From: a virus
Length of the DNA: 64,000 nt
Virus record (IMG/VR): IMGVR_UViG_3300009103_001934
Location: 1 to 64,000 of that record
Strand: one strand, 5' to 3'
Below are positions 19,923-28,895 of the stretch, in pieces. Every line of letters starts with the position of its first letter. Position 1 is the stretch's first letter. The notes below the pieces were generated by a model. That model saw nothing but the letters and a program-made list of their open reading frames with translations, searched no databases and was not told the DNA's origin. A program made the translations under genes and the position numbers.

Positions 19923-20621
19923 GTCAAATATATCTTCGTGATTTTCTTTCATCTTAATAAGGAACATGGACAATCCTGACGCGGGAGACTTAATAAAAAA
20001 ATCGGATCTTGAAATAAAATACATATCTAGCAGGCAATTATATATTTGTTTGCGTTTGTCTTTAGAGTCGTAGTGTAAATTGTGTTTTACCCTTTCTGGT
20101 TCGGTTCTCCTTATTAATCTTATTCCTCTTGTTGATGCCCATATTTTATCAAACGCTTCATGGTCATCAGTAGCAAGATAAACGGTGTTAATAAGAAGTT
20201 TTTCTTGAGCATTTTTAATTTTTTTAATAAAAATATTTATATCTTGTTTTATATCTGTGTTTCTAAAATGAACAGACAGGTATCTTTCCTTTATGGGTTG
20301 TTCACTTTTGATTTTATTAATCACGCTTGGAGAGACCTTCAATCCCCTTATGAACGGCCTCTTTGAATACGCCCGCCACGGACCCGGGCCTCTATAAGAA
20401 AGGACGTCTACGTGAGTACAGTCCTTGGGGTTCTCGCTATATTGTAAATTTGTTTTTATATAAAAAAAATCAGAAAAGTCGTAAGGAAAGGCCTTATGTC
20501 TCTTGCAGTCAATTATTAAATATCTACCCTCCCTTTCTGCTAGAATCATAGCGTAACTAAGCCCTGAAAGCATATGAGCCAATCCCCCAGACGCCATATA
20601 ATGCAGAGTGCCCTTAGTCAT
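19878..20621 (-). CDS. NodZ/GT23-like fucosyltransferase
   Basis: GGLAHML, YLSVHFRNTD, VYLATDD, DMYFISRSDFFI correspond to the three motifs of the GT11/23/65 fucosyltransferase clan. Confidence 0.75.
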   Translation of the reverse strand: MTKGTLHYMASGGLAHMLSGLSYAMILAEREGRYLIIDCKRHKAFPYDFSDFFYIKTNLQYSENPKDCTHVDVLSYRGPGPWRAYSKRPFIRGLKVSPSVINKIKSEQPIKERYLSVHFRNTDIKQDINIFIKKIKNAQEKLLINTVYLATDDHEAFDKIWASTRGIRLIRRTEPERVKHNLHYDSKDKRKQIYNCLLDMYFISRSDFFIKSPASGLSMFLIKMKENHEDIFDLEGERDYAVRFTEI

Positions 20622-21595
20622 AAATACCTAAATAGAGTTAAATATTCTTCGCTAATAGTTTGGAGAGAGAGTTTGGGTTTTAACGATCGAATCATATCTT
20701 TTGCTATATTCCACTCTTGCTTATTAAAGGTTTCTTCTGCGTAATGTATAGCGTCTAAGATTTCATTTATTGTAAATGTTACCCCTCGGGGGTGAATTGG
20801 ATCTGCGTGCGAGCAAGCATTACTACCCACCCAATAAGGGTAGTCAGGAGGAAGGAGCTCTTCGTAAGCACATTCTCTGTTAGCAATAATAACGGAATCT
20901 GTACCCGCTGCGACAGAAAGCCTTACATTCGATTTCAAGAAGTACCATATCAGACCGCTAATTGACTCCTCGCTCTCGAGCGCTCCTCTTAATGATAAGT
21001 AGCAATTATAGTTCTTTAAAAATGTCGATCCCCAATCGTTTCTAAAAGTATCACTACTCTCAAATACCTTAAGTTTTATTCTTTCTCCTATAAGGTCATA
21101 TATTTCATTTTTATTAAATGCATAGAAATTTATTTTTTCTTGATTGGTATTAGGAATTAGCCTCCGGTCAATATGATGATATATACATTTGTATTTTGTC
21201 TCTGGAATAGGCAAGCAGTGCTTAATATTGTTCAAGTAAAATTTATTTGGAAAAATGATTGCATGAGCGGGTTTATTAATTAAGGGGTATCTTTTAAAAA
21301 ATCTCCACTTTGCACTAGCGGGCCTAGAAAGATCTATGATATCTATAACTATCTTACAGCCATGATCCCATATTTCCGTGTAAGTATTATGATTACTACA
21401 GACTTCCCTCAGTAAGACCGCTACGGATCCCTTTTTTACTATACCTAAAGACTTGTTCCTTATCAGAAGTAAGAACTCGCTTATGTGAATCACGTGTGCT
21501 TCAATCCCATCCCGACTATTAAGCTCTGAGGCTACTTGGTGTCCTCGAATATCTACGTGTCCCCATGGCTCTTTATAAATAAACCATACTTGCAC
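20618..21595 (-). CDS. Putative GT-B glycosyltransferase-like protein
   Basis: RGHQVASEL N-terminus, KSNVRLSVAAG..SVII, located in a GT cassette. Confidence 0.5.
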   Translation of the reverse strand: MQVWFIYKEPWGHVDIRGHQVASELNSRDGIEAHVIHISEFLLLIRNKSLGIVKKGSVAVLLREVCSNHNTYTEIWDHGCKIVIDIIDLSRPASAKWRFFKRYPLINKPAHAIIFPNKFYLNNIKHCLPIPETKYKCIYHHIDRRLIPNTNQEKINFYAFNKNEIYDLIGERIKLKVFESSDTFRNDWGSTFLKNYNCYLSLRGALESEESISGLIWYFLKSNVRLSVAAGTDSVIIANRECAYEELLPPDYPYWVGSNACSHADPIHPRGVTFTINEILDAIHYAEETFNKQEWNIAKDMIRSLKPKLSLQTISEEYLTLFRYL

Positions 21596-21598
21596 ATG

Positions 21599-22438
21599 TT
21601 ATTTTACACTTCTTAAGCTTAATTCCGTATCCCATAGTCTTTCATAATCAGGTTTTTGTTCGTATTTTGGATCGTATCCCCAAAAAATCATAGATTTAGG
21701 AATGGGTAATTCGACTACTTTCCACCCTTTGCGAAGAATCTTATTCGTGAAATGCCTCTCCCCTAACTCTTGGTGCTTTCTCCAACTATACTGTTCTTCG
21801 CCAGAGTGAAATGGAAGATTTTCCCCATGAGCCTTTAACATTATATCTCTCGTGGTTACGCCTGTTCCACCACGCGCATAACCACGCGCGGGACATACTT
21901 GACAAGTAGCAACAAACCCCACTTTAGGTTTTTCATTATCTAGAATCCCAATTGCTGTACTTAACACGTTATTCACGCTAGTTATATAGTCATCTTCAGC
22001 AAAGTACCAGTATTCATAATTGTCCTTAAATAGATTGAAGGCATAATGGAACGACCCAAACGATATTCCGTAGTTGTCTCTATGTAGGACAGTTACCCTT
22101 CCGTTTTTGGTTCGTTTCCCATTTAGTAAATTTAAATAATTTATTACTTTTGAGTCGTTATCTTCTTCATTTATCGAATTAACTATAATCAAGTCCATGG
22201 GTGCACCGTAATTTAAAGTCATTTCCTTTTCCATTATAAACCTTAGCTTCTTTAATGAGTCCTCCGGTCCTTGAGGCTGGTCGCGTCTTCTTTCTCCAGT
22301 CCAGAAAGAAATAACCTTAACTGCGTTTACTTTATCTAGGAACCGCGGGCTAATCGCAGGGCATACTACTCCATACCACGGATTACCACCGTAGGGTTTC
22401 CCCCTTTTTCGTTTCGGCTTCATTTTCCACCTAGGCAT
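21599..22438 (-). CDS. GT-A fold glycosyltransferase-like protein (paralog of 18221-19078)
   Basis: RDNYGISFGSFHYAF, YWYFAEDD; basic N-terminus MPRWKMKPKRKRGK. Confidence 0.65.
   Translation of the reverse strand: MPRWKMKPKRKRGKPYGGNPWYGVVCPAISPRFLDKVNAVKVISFWTGERRRDQPQGPEDSLKKLRFIMEKEMTLNYGAPMDLIIVNSINEEDNDSKVINYLNLLNGKRTKNGRVTVLHRDNYGISFGSFHYAFNLFKDNYEYWYFAEDDYITSVNNVLSTAIGILDNEKPKVGFVATCQVCPARGYARGGTGVTTRDIMLKAHGENLPFHSGEEQYSWRKHQELGERHFTNKILRKGWKVVELPIPKSMIFWGYDPKYEQKPDYERLWDTELSLRSVK
21604..21609 (-). promoter_or_regulatory. GTGTAA putative late-promoter motif
   Basis: 8 nt upstream of GTG start 21595. Confidence 0.5.
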
Positions 22439-22484
22439 AATATATTATACTCGAAAAAGCTCACTTTTACTATTAAGTATTCTC

Positions 22485-22513
22485 TTGACTTCTGACTTGG
22501 AATCGGATAGTAT
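22485..22513 (+). promoter_or_regulatory. Sigma70-type promoter TTGACT-17-TAGTAT
   Basis: 8 nt upstream of ATG 22522. Confidence 0.65.
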
Positions 22514-22521
22514 GTGACTGG

Positions 22522-23166
22522 ATGTCCAGAACTGTAATAGGTATAAGCGGAGTAGCGGGAGCGGGGAAAGATTTATTTTTTAATCTGTTAAGTAACGAGA
22601 TAAGAGCAAGGCGCTTTGCGCTGGCGGACTCCCTCAAGTATGATGTTAGAGACTGGTGCATAAGGCGATACGGCATAGACCCGCTAGAATGCTCCAGAGA
22701 AGACAAGGAAAAAATTAGAGAGTTCTTGGTCTTTCACGGCACGTTTATGAGGAAGAGGACTCAAGGACGCTTCTGGCTTGACAAGCTTGATTACGAAATA
22801 AAAAGTTTCCTTAATAACGCCGTGACTGAAGATGTCCCCGTAATCACGGATATACGATATAGTGAGTACGATAATGATGAAGTCTCTTGGGTAAAAAAGA
22901 GTCTCGGCGGAGTACTGGTTCACGTTTCCCAATACGAAATGAAAGAGGTTACAAGCAAAAAGGAGTGGCCCAAGAAAGTCATGAAGAAGGTTTTCAGGGA
23001 GCCAATAAACCTTGAAGAAGCCAAGCAGGATCCGATTCTTAAAGGTTCTGCTGACTTTATAGTAGAATGGGAAAAAATAAAAGATGACAATCCTCTAGAA
23101 TGTGAGTATCTTATCAGTAAGGTGAAAGAATTCATCGACTGGTACCATGGCGAGATTAAAAACTAG
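22522..23166 (+). CDS. Deoxynucleoside monophosphate kinase
   Basis: IGISGVAGAGKD P-loop, ALADSLK, ITDIRY..E. Confidence 0.85.
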   Translation: MSRTVIGISGVAGAGKDLFFNLLSNEIRARRFALADSLKYDVRDWCIRRYGIDPLECSREDKEKIREFLVFHGTFMRKRTQGRFWLDKLDYEIKSFLNNAVTEDVPVITDIRYSEYDNDEVSWVKKSLGGVLVHVSQYEMKEVTSKKEWPKKVMKKVFREPINLEEAKQDPILKGSADFIVEWEKIKDDNPLECEYLISKVKEFIDWYHGEIKN

Positions 23167-23740
23167 CAACGAAGAGGATTTAAATTTAATTAAATTAATT
23201 AAAAATAAGAACTGCAGCGACAGTTTTGTTTTACTTACAGACAAGCACTCAAAGCTTTTTTATGCCATTTGTAACAAGTTCGCCGGCAAGCTGAATATAG
23301 ACGAGATACGCAAAGATAGAGACTTCGTATTTTACAAGGCAGCAATCTCTTTTAAGACAGACAGGAAAGCGAAGTTTTCTACTTGGCTAGGGAACTATAC
23401 TCGATACCACTGTTTAAATTATATAAAAAACAATAGCAAATATATCTGCTCAGAAGAAGAAGCTATTAACCATTTCTTCAATAAAAAATCTATAGAAGAT
23501 TTTGACCCAAAAGACGAGGCAAAAAATGACGTAGAGCACGCCTTTGATATCCTAAGTAAATTATCGGACAAGAGGATATTTAAAATTTTTAAATTAAGAT
23601 ACCTGAACAAAAGCCAAAAGCTAACTTGGAAACAGATTGCTGAAGAATTTGACTTGACCCCGCAAACAATTATAAATCTGCACACCAAAGGGCGTAGGGT
23701 ATTAAGAAAAAAGATGAAAAAAAATAAATTATTTATTTGA
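23147..23740 (+). CDS. Phage sigma70-family RNA polymerase sigma factor
   Basis: Region 2 (KFSTWLGNYTRYHC) and region 4 HTH (LTWKQIAEEFDLTPQTIINLH). Confidence 0.88.
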   Translation: MARLKTSNEEDLNLIKLIKNKNCSDSFVLLTDKHSKLFYAICNKFAGKLNIDEIRKDRDFVFYKAAISFKTDRKAKFSTWLGNYTRYHCLNYIKNNSKYICSEEEAINHFFNKKSIEDFDPKDEAKNDVEHAFDILSKLSDKRIFKIFKLRYLNKSQKLTWKQIAEEFDLTPQTIINLHTKGRRVLRKKMKKNKLFI

Positions 23741-23765
23741 CAGGGCCTTGGAAGGCTGTTATAGT
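23737..23765 (+). promoter_or_regulatory. Sigma70-type promoter TTGACA-17-TATAGT, 6 nt before ATG 23772
   Basis: Direct reading. Confidence 0.8.
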
Positions 23766-23771
23766 ATTGGT

Positions 23772-24032
23772 ATGAGTGATACATCAAATAAGAGTGAATG
23801 GTCGGACCGTGAAATTGGAGCGTTGTGGAAGAGAGACAACGGTAATCAAAAATACCTTACTGGTAAAATGAAGAATGCTGACGGCACGGAACAGCAAGTA
23901 GTAATTTTTTCCAATAAACACAAGAATAAAGAGAATCAACCAGATTTTCGAGTCTACAAGTCTGAACCGAGAAACGCTCAGGTCGAGGAAGGTTCAGTGG
24001 AGGGCGTATCTGAACAAGAAGACCTTCTCTAA
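23772..24032 (+). CDS. DUF736-like small OB-fold/ssDNA-binding protein
   Basis: EIGALWK...YLTG..., N..K..ENQPDFRVY, acidic tail. Confidence 0.65.
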   Translation: MSDTSNKSEWSDREIGALWKRDNGNQKYLTGKMKNADGTEQQVVIFSNKHKNKENQPDFRVYKSEPRNAQVEEGSVEGVSEQEDLL

Positions 24033-25129
24033 TGAAATTAGCCTTTAACTGCCCCGTTAACTCTGTTTCGTTCGGTCAGGTTTCCTTAGGTCTTTTAAGG
24101 GAAGCTTACGAAAGAGGATGCGGGGTGTCCCTCTTACCTATCGGTGAGAAGTTGGACCTTACGTCTCAGAGCAATAAAGATAAGGCCTTTGTGGGCTGGC
24201 TCGAAGGGGCAGTTAAACATTTTCAACGCGATCATGTTTTTAGTGATCACCCCACTTTTAGATTGTGGCATATTAATGGGTCTATTGGTCGCGTTTCTGA
24301 CAAACAATTACTGTTTACGTTCTACGAGCTTGATTCGCCAACGGATGTAGAAGTTAACATATTAAAACAACAGCCGCTAACTCTTGTTTCTTCAAGATAT
24401 ACAAGAGATATCCTATTATCCAAGGGGATAGAAAACGTAAAATATTGTCCACTAGCATTTGATACGAATAATTTCAAGGCAATCGATAAAGAGTACTTTG
24501 AAGATGATCGAATAGTTTTTAACTTATGCGGTAAGTTCGAATTCAGGAAAAGGCACGAGAAGATTCTTAGAGCGTGGACTAAAAAGTACGGGAATAATAG
24601 AAAATATTTCTTGCAGTGTGCTTTATTTAATCCCTTTTTGGACGCACAAGCCAATAACGAGCTAGTAGCCAGAGCATTAGAACATAAGAAGTATTTTAAC
24701 ATGTCCTTTTTTCCGCATATGAAAACTAATGCGGAGTACAACGATTTTTTAAATTCGTCTAATATTGTAATAGGTATGTCGGGGGGAGAAGGCTGGGGAC
24801 TCCCAGAATTCCAAAGCGTAGCTATGGGCAAGCATGCAGTAATGCTAAACGCTCATGCTTATAAAGACTGGGCCAACGAGAAGAACGCGGTTATGGTAGA
24901 TCCCGTTGGAAAAATCGATGCGTATGATGGAATATTTTTTAAAGAGGGGCAAGACTTTAATCAAGGACAGATATACGACTGGGATGAAGATGACTTTATT
25001 AGTGCATGTGAAGAAGCAATAAAGCGCGTGAATAAAAACCCCCTAAACGAACAGGGCTTGTCTATTCCAGCGAATTTCTCTTATCAATCTATGTTTGATA
25101 CCATCTGGAAAGAGATGGAGACCATGTAA
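24032..25129 (+). CDS. GT4-family glycosyltransferase
   Basis: FNLCGKFEFRKRHE, MSGGEGWGLPEFQSVAMGK (EGxGLP motif). Confidence 0.88.
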   Translation: MKLAFNCPVNSVSFGQVSLGLLREAYERGCGVSLLPIGEKLDLTSQSNKDKAFVGWLEGAVKHFQRDHVFSDHPTFRLWHINGSIGRVSDKQLLFTFYELDSPTDVEVNILKQQPLTLVSSRYTRDILLSKGIENVKYCPLAFDTNNFKAIDKEYFEDDRIVFNLCGKFEFRKRHEKILRAWTKKYGNNRKYFLQCALFNPFLDAQANNELVARALEHKKYFNMSFFPHMKTNAEYNDFLNSSNIVIGMSGGEGWGLPEFQSVAMGKHAVMLNAHAYKDWANEKNAVMVDPVGKIDAYDGIFFKEGQDFNQGQIYDWDEDDFISACEEAIKRVNKNPLNEQGLSIPANFSYQSMFDTIWKEMETM

Positions 25130-25130
25130 G

Positions 25131-25478
25131 ATGCCTTTATATGTCTTTCAACACCCCACTTCGGGCCAAGTTATTGAGCTTGTTCAAAAAATGACAGAGG
25201 AACATCAATATATTGATGACGAGGGAACAAAGTGGAACAGGGTATGGGCGGTACCGCAAGCCTCTATTGATACAAATGTAAATGCGGAATCTTCCGCGGA
25301 CTTTGTCCATAAAACTCGCGACAAAAAAGGTACGGTAGGAGACCTCTGGTCTTTATCTAGAGAAATGAGCGAAAAAAGAGCTAGGATACATGGAGGCAAG
25401 GATCCAGTACTAGAGCAGTACAACAAGAAGCAGAAGGATCTACGTAAAGGAAAAAAGTCGTTAGACCAACGAGGTTGA
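25131..25478 (+). CDS. FmdB-like small protein (zinc ligands degenerate)
   Basis: MPLYVFQHPTSGQVIE matches the MPxYxYxCxxCG pattern without the cysteines. Confidence 0.55.
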   Translation: MPLYVFQHPTSGQVIELVQKMTEEHQYIDDEGTKWNRVWAVPQASIDTNVNAESSADFVHKTRDKKGTVGDLWSLSREMSEKRARIHGGKDPVLEQYNKKQKDLRKGKKSLDQRG

Positions 25479-25481
25479 TAC

Positions 25482-25510
25482 ACGGTTTAGACTGTCTTTC
25501 GTTTTTTTCT
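25482..25510 (+). terminator. Weak hairpin plus T-run, possible terminator
   Basis: ACGGT-TTAG-ACTGT followed by a T-rich tract. Confidence 0.3.
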
Positions 25511-25569
25511 TACTTCTAATAGATTTTTCTTTCTTTTAACTAGGATAAGATGTAAGATAAACATATAAA

Positions 25570-28035
25570 ATGAGTACCCCCGCCCTGAACGTAAAAAAAA
25601 GAAACGGAAGATTAGAGAAGTTAGATATTAATAAAATTAATTTGTGCGCAACGAGATCGTGCGATGGGATAGATAATGTTTCGGCTAGTGAAGTAGTTTT
25701 AGATGCACAAGTTCAGTTCTATGACAAAATTACAACCAAGGAGATAGATCAAGCGCTCGTGATGTCTGCGCGAACAAAAATAGAAAAAGAACCTAATTAT
25801 TCATACGCTGCAGCCAGACTTCTATTAGGGAACATACATAAAGAAGTTTTTGGGGAGAGTAGAGACAAGGACGGCTTTGAGCATCAATATAAATTAAGCT
25901 TCATAAGGAACATTAAAAAACTAGTTAACGAGGGAATACTAAATAAAAAATTACTGTCTTTCGACTTAAAGAAGTTATCAGAATCTCTTATTCTTGACAG
26001 GGATTATAAATTTAAGTATCTTGGTTTACAGATCCTTTACGATAGATACTTTCATCACGTGAACGGTGTTAGGCTAGAAGCTCCACAGTCATTCTGGATG
26101 CGCGTAGCCATGGGTCTAGCTTTAAATGAAAAAGATAAAGAAAAAAAGGCTATCGAATTTTACCACGCAATTTCATCGTTTAGGTTATGCCCTTCTACGC
26201 CTACCCTTTTTAATAGTGGGAGCACTCGTAGTCAGCTTAGTTCTTGCTACCTCAACACTTTTGATGATAGCATCGATGGCATATTTGAAGGCGCGTGGCA
26301 GGAAGCTAGAAAATCTAAGTTTGCTGGAGGGTTAGGTTTTGATGTTACCAATTTTCGATCAGCGGGCTCTTATATCAAGGGAACCAACGGCTCGTCTAGC
26401 GGTCTTATCCCTTGGCTCAAGATTTTTAACGATCTTCTTGTGGCGGTTAACCAAGGAGGGAAAAGACCGGGGGCAGGGTGCGCCTACCTAGAGCCATGGC
26501 ATTTAGATATTGAAGATTTTCTTGATCTTAAAAAAAATACGGGTGATGAGCGCAGAAGGTGCCATGATCTGAATACGGCGAATTGGATACCGGATCTTTT
26601 TATGCGAAAAGTGGAGACTGACGATGACTGGTATTTATTTTCCCCATCCGAAGTGGACCTTCATAAATATTACGGTGAGGAATTCGATAAGAGGTACGAG
26701 TCTTACAGTAAAATGGCCGATAATGGGGAGATTAATAATTTTAAAATCATTAAGGCTAAAGAGCTCTGGAAAAAAATGCTAAGAGCCCTATTCGAAACGG
26801 GACACCCTTGGATTACTTTTAAGGACAACGCGAATGTCAGGTACTCTAATTCCCATCAGGGGATAATTAATAGTTCTAACTTGTGTACAGAAATCTTCTT
26901 ACACACGAAGCCGTCACAATATGACAACGGTGAAAAAAGCGAGGTGGGAGAAACGGCGGTTTGTAATTTGAGCTCAGTGAACCTTAAAGAACACCTAAAG
27001 AAAAACGGGAAATTAGACTTTAAGACTTTATCCAAAACCATAGCAGTTCAAATGAGAATGCTAGATAACGTTATTGATTTAAATTTTTATCCGACTAAGG
27101 AAGCCAAAAAGGCTAACCTCAGTCACCGTCCGGTGGGAGCGGGGACCATGGGATGGGCAGACGTTTTTCATTCTTACAAGGTTGATTTTTCTAGTGATGA
27201 CGCGGTAAAGTTTTCGGATGAACTGTATGAATTTATCTCTTATAATTGCATTTTAAATTCTAACAAGCTCGCCTCAGAGAGGGGGGAATACTCTACGTAT
27301 GCGGGCTCTAAGTGGGAAAAGGGAGAGCTACCCATAGACACATACAAAGACTTAATGGGCTACTTAGGAAGTAAGCCGATCGTTCATAGGGGCAGAAAAT
27401 ATACGCCCGAGGTAGACTGGAAGAGCCTAAGGGAAAACGTAAAAAATAACGGGATAAGGAACAGCAATACCATGGCTATAGCTCCCACAGCGACTATATC
27501 CTACATACAGGGATGCTCCCCATCTGTTGAGCCAGATTTTTCTACACTGTTTGTCTATGAGAACAAGAGTGGAAACCTTTTTATTACTAACGAATGGTTC
27601 GTTAAAGAATGCAAACAGCTTGATATTTGGAATAAGACGCTAATAGAAATGCTCAAGGCCGTAGACGGGGACATTTTACGACTAAACGGTGAATTACCAG
27701 ACGATCTTAAGAATCGGTACCGCACAGCCTTTGATCATGATCAATTTAAATTGGTAGAGGCTGCGGCAGCTAAACAAAAGTGGATTGACATGGGGCAGTC
27801 TTTAAACTTATTCAACAACAAGACCTCACTTAAACATTTAAATGATTTATACTTTCACGCTAGACAATTAGGCCTAAAAAGTACATATTATTTAAGGAAT
27901 AAAAGTGCAAGCGAAATTGAAAAGGCTACGGCTAGTAGTGACATTAGTAATACTGATTCAAGCGATAACGATGATTCTGAGCCTGTTGTGCAAGCTTGCT
28001 CTGTCCTAGACCCGACCTGTGAGAGTTGTCAGTAG
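25570..28035 (+). CDS. nrdA: Ribonucleotide reductase alpha subunit with N-terminal ATP cone
   Basis: VKKRNG ATP cone, TPTLFNSG, QLSSC, NLCTEI, AVCNLSS, AIAPTATIS, C-terminal CESCQ. Confidence 0.97.
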   Translation: MSTPALNVKKRNGRLEKLDINKINLCATRSCDGIDNVSASEVVLDAQVQFYDKITTKEIDQALVMSARTKIEKEPNYSYAAARLLLGNIHKEVFGESRDKDGFEHQYKLSFIRNIKKLVNEGILNKKLLSFDLKKLSESLILDRDYKFKYLGLQILYDRYFHHVNGVRLEAPQSFWMRVAMGLALNEKDKEKKAIEFYHAISSFRLCPSTPTLFNSGSTRSQLSSCYLNTFDDSIDGIFEGAWQEARKSKFAGGLGFDVTNFRSAGSYIKGTNGSSSGLIPWLKIFNDLLVAVNQGGKRPGAGCAYLEPWHLDIEDFLDLKKNTGDERRRCHDLNTANWIPDLFMRKVETDDDWYLFSPSEVDLHKYYGEEFDKRYESYSKMADNGEINNFKIIKAKELWKKMLRALFETGHPWITFKDNANVRYSNSHQGIINSSNLCTEIFLHTKPSQYDNGEKSEVGETAVCNLSSVNLKEHLKKNGKLDFKTLSKTIAVQMRMLDNVIDLNFYPTKEAKKANLSHRPVGAGTMGWADVFHSYKVDFSSDDAVKFSDELYEFISYNCILNSNKLASERGEYSTYAGSKWEKGELPIDTYKDLMGYLGSKPIVHRGRKYTPEVDWKSLRENVKNNGIRNSNTMAIAPTATISYIQGCSPSVEPDFSTLFVYENKSGNLFITNEWFVKECKQLDIWNKTLIEMLKAVDGDILRLNGELPDDLKNRYRTAFDHDQFKLVEAAAAKQKWIDMGQSLNLFNNKTSLKHLNDLYFHARQLGLKSTYYLRNKSASEIEKATASSDISNTDSSDNDDSEPVVQACSVLDPTCESCQ

Positions 28036-28045
28036 CCGTTATGGG

Positions 28046-28051
28046 GTGTAA
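28046..28051 (+). promoter_or_regulatory. GTGTAA putative late-promoter motif
   Basis: 8 nt upstream of ATG 28060; sits within an ATGGGG..CCCCAT inverted repeat (28041-28061). Confidence 0.45.
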
Positions 28052-28059
28052 ATATCCCC

Positions 28060-28626
28060 ATGGACAGATTATTAGAGCTATTGTCGGAGCCGAGAATGGT
28101 TACTGACATTTCGAACCGCTCTCGAGGCTGCAATTATCTCTACGGACTATACGACCTAATAAAAGAGAATGTAACAAAATGCGATAATATAGTAGAAATA
28201 GGTTCTCACAGGGGGGTTTCCACAGAGCTTTTAGCTATGTTTTCGAACAGGGTTTACGCCGTGGACCCGTGGGATTTAGTGGAAGAGTATGACGAAGCCT
28301 CATTTTCCATGGACGCGAAAAGCGCAGAAAAGGAGTTCAGAGAGAGGCTATCTAGCTACAATAATGTAGAAGTAATAAAGGATTTTAGCGAAAATGCCTA
28401 TAAATTATTTGAAAACGAGTCAATAGATATGGTATATATAGACGGATGGCACGAACAAAGTGCCGTCGAGCAAGATATACTCAATTGGTATCCGAAAGTT
28501 AAAAGGGGAGGGGTAATTTCCGGTCATGACGGCAGAAACGGCTCAGTAAATAGTGTTATGCTAAGACTATTAGGAACAGTTGGGTTAAAAAGATATTCCG
28601 ATACCAGCTGGAGATATATAAAATGA
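28060..28626 (+). CDS. Class I SAM methyltransferase (Methyltransf_24-like)
   Basis: IVEIGSHRGVS, VYIDGWH, GGVISGHD. Confidence 0.88.
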   Translation: MDRLLELLSEPRMVTDISNRSRGCNYLYGLYDLIKENVTKCDNIVEIGSHRGVSTELLAMFSNRVYAVDPWDLVEEYDEASFSMDAKSAEKEFRERLSSYNNVEVIKDFSENAYKLFENESIDMVYIDGWHEQSAVEQDILNWYPKVKRGGVISGHDGRNGSVNSVMLRLLGTVGLKRYSDTSWRYIK

Positions 28627-28895
28627 AAGAATATAACATAGAATTAAACGAAGAGCAGAGCATCAAAGCTGCAGACGGAGTGTTAGTAAATGAAGCAGGA
28701 TTATGCTTGCAAATTTATCAGGATTTAGTTAAAATAGAGGCTGAACATCCAGAAGACGTTTTAATTAGAAGTATATTAGAACAGATACTATCTCAGGAAT
28801 TCGGCGGTAAAGAGAATATTGTATTTCCAGATTACTATAAGCCCGAAGGGGAACGAGTAGAGACTACGATAACCAGCAGTGAGCAACAAAACTAA
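28623..28895 (+). CDS. Hypothetical acidic protein
   Basis: Open frame coupled to neighbours by overlaps. Confidence 0.55.
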   Translation: MKEYNIELNEEQSIKAADGVLVNEAGLCLQIYQDLVKIEAEHPEDVLIRSILEQILSQEFGGKENIVFPDYYKPEGERVETTITSSEQQN

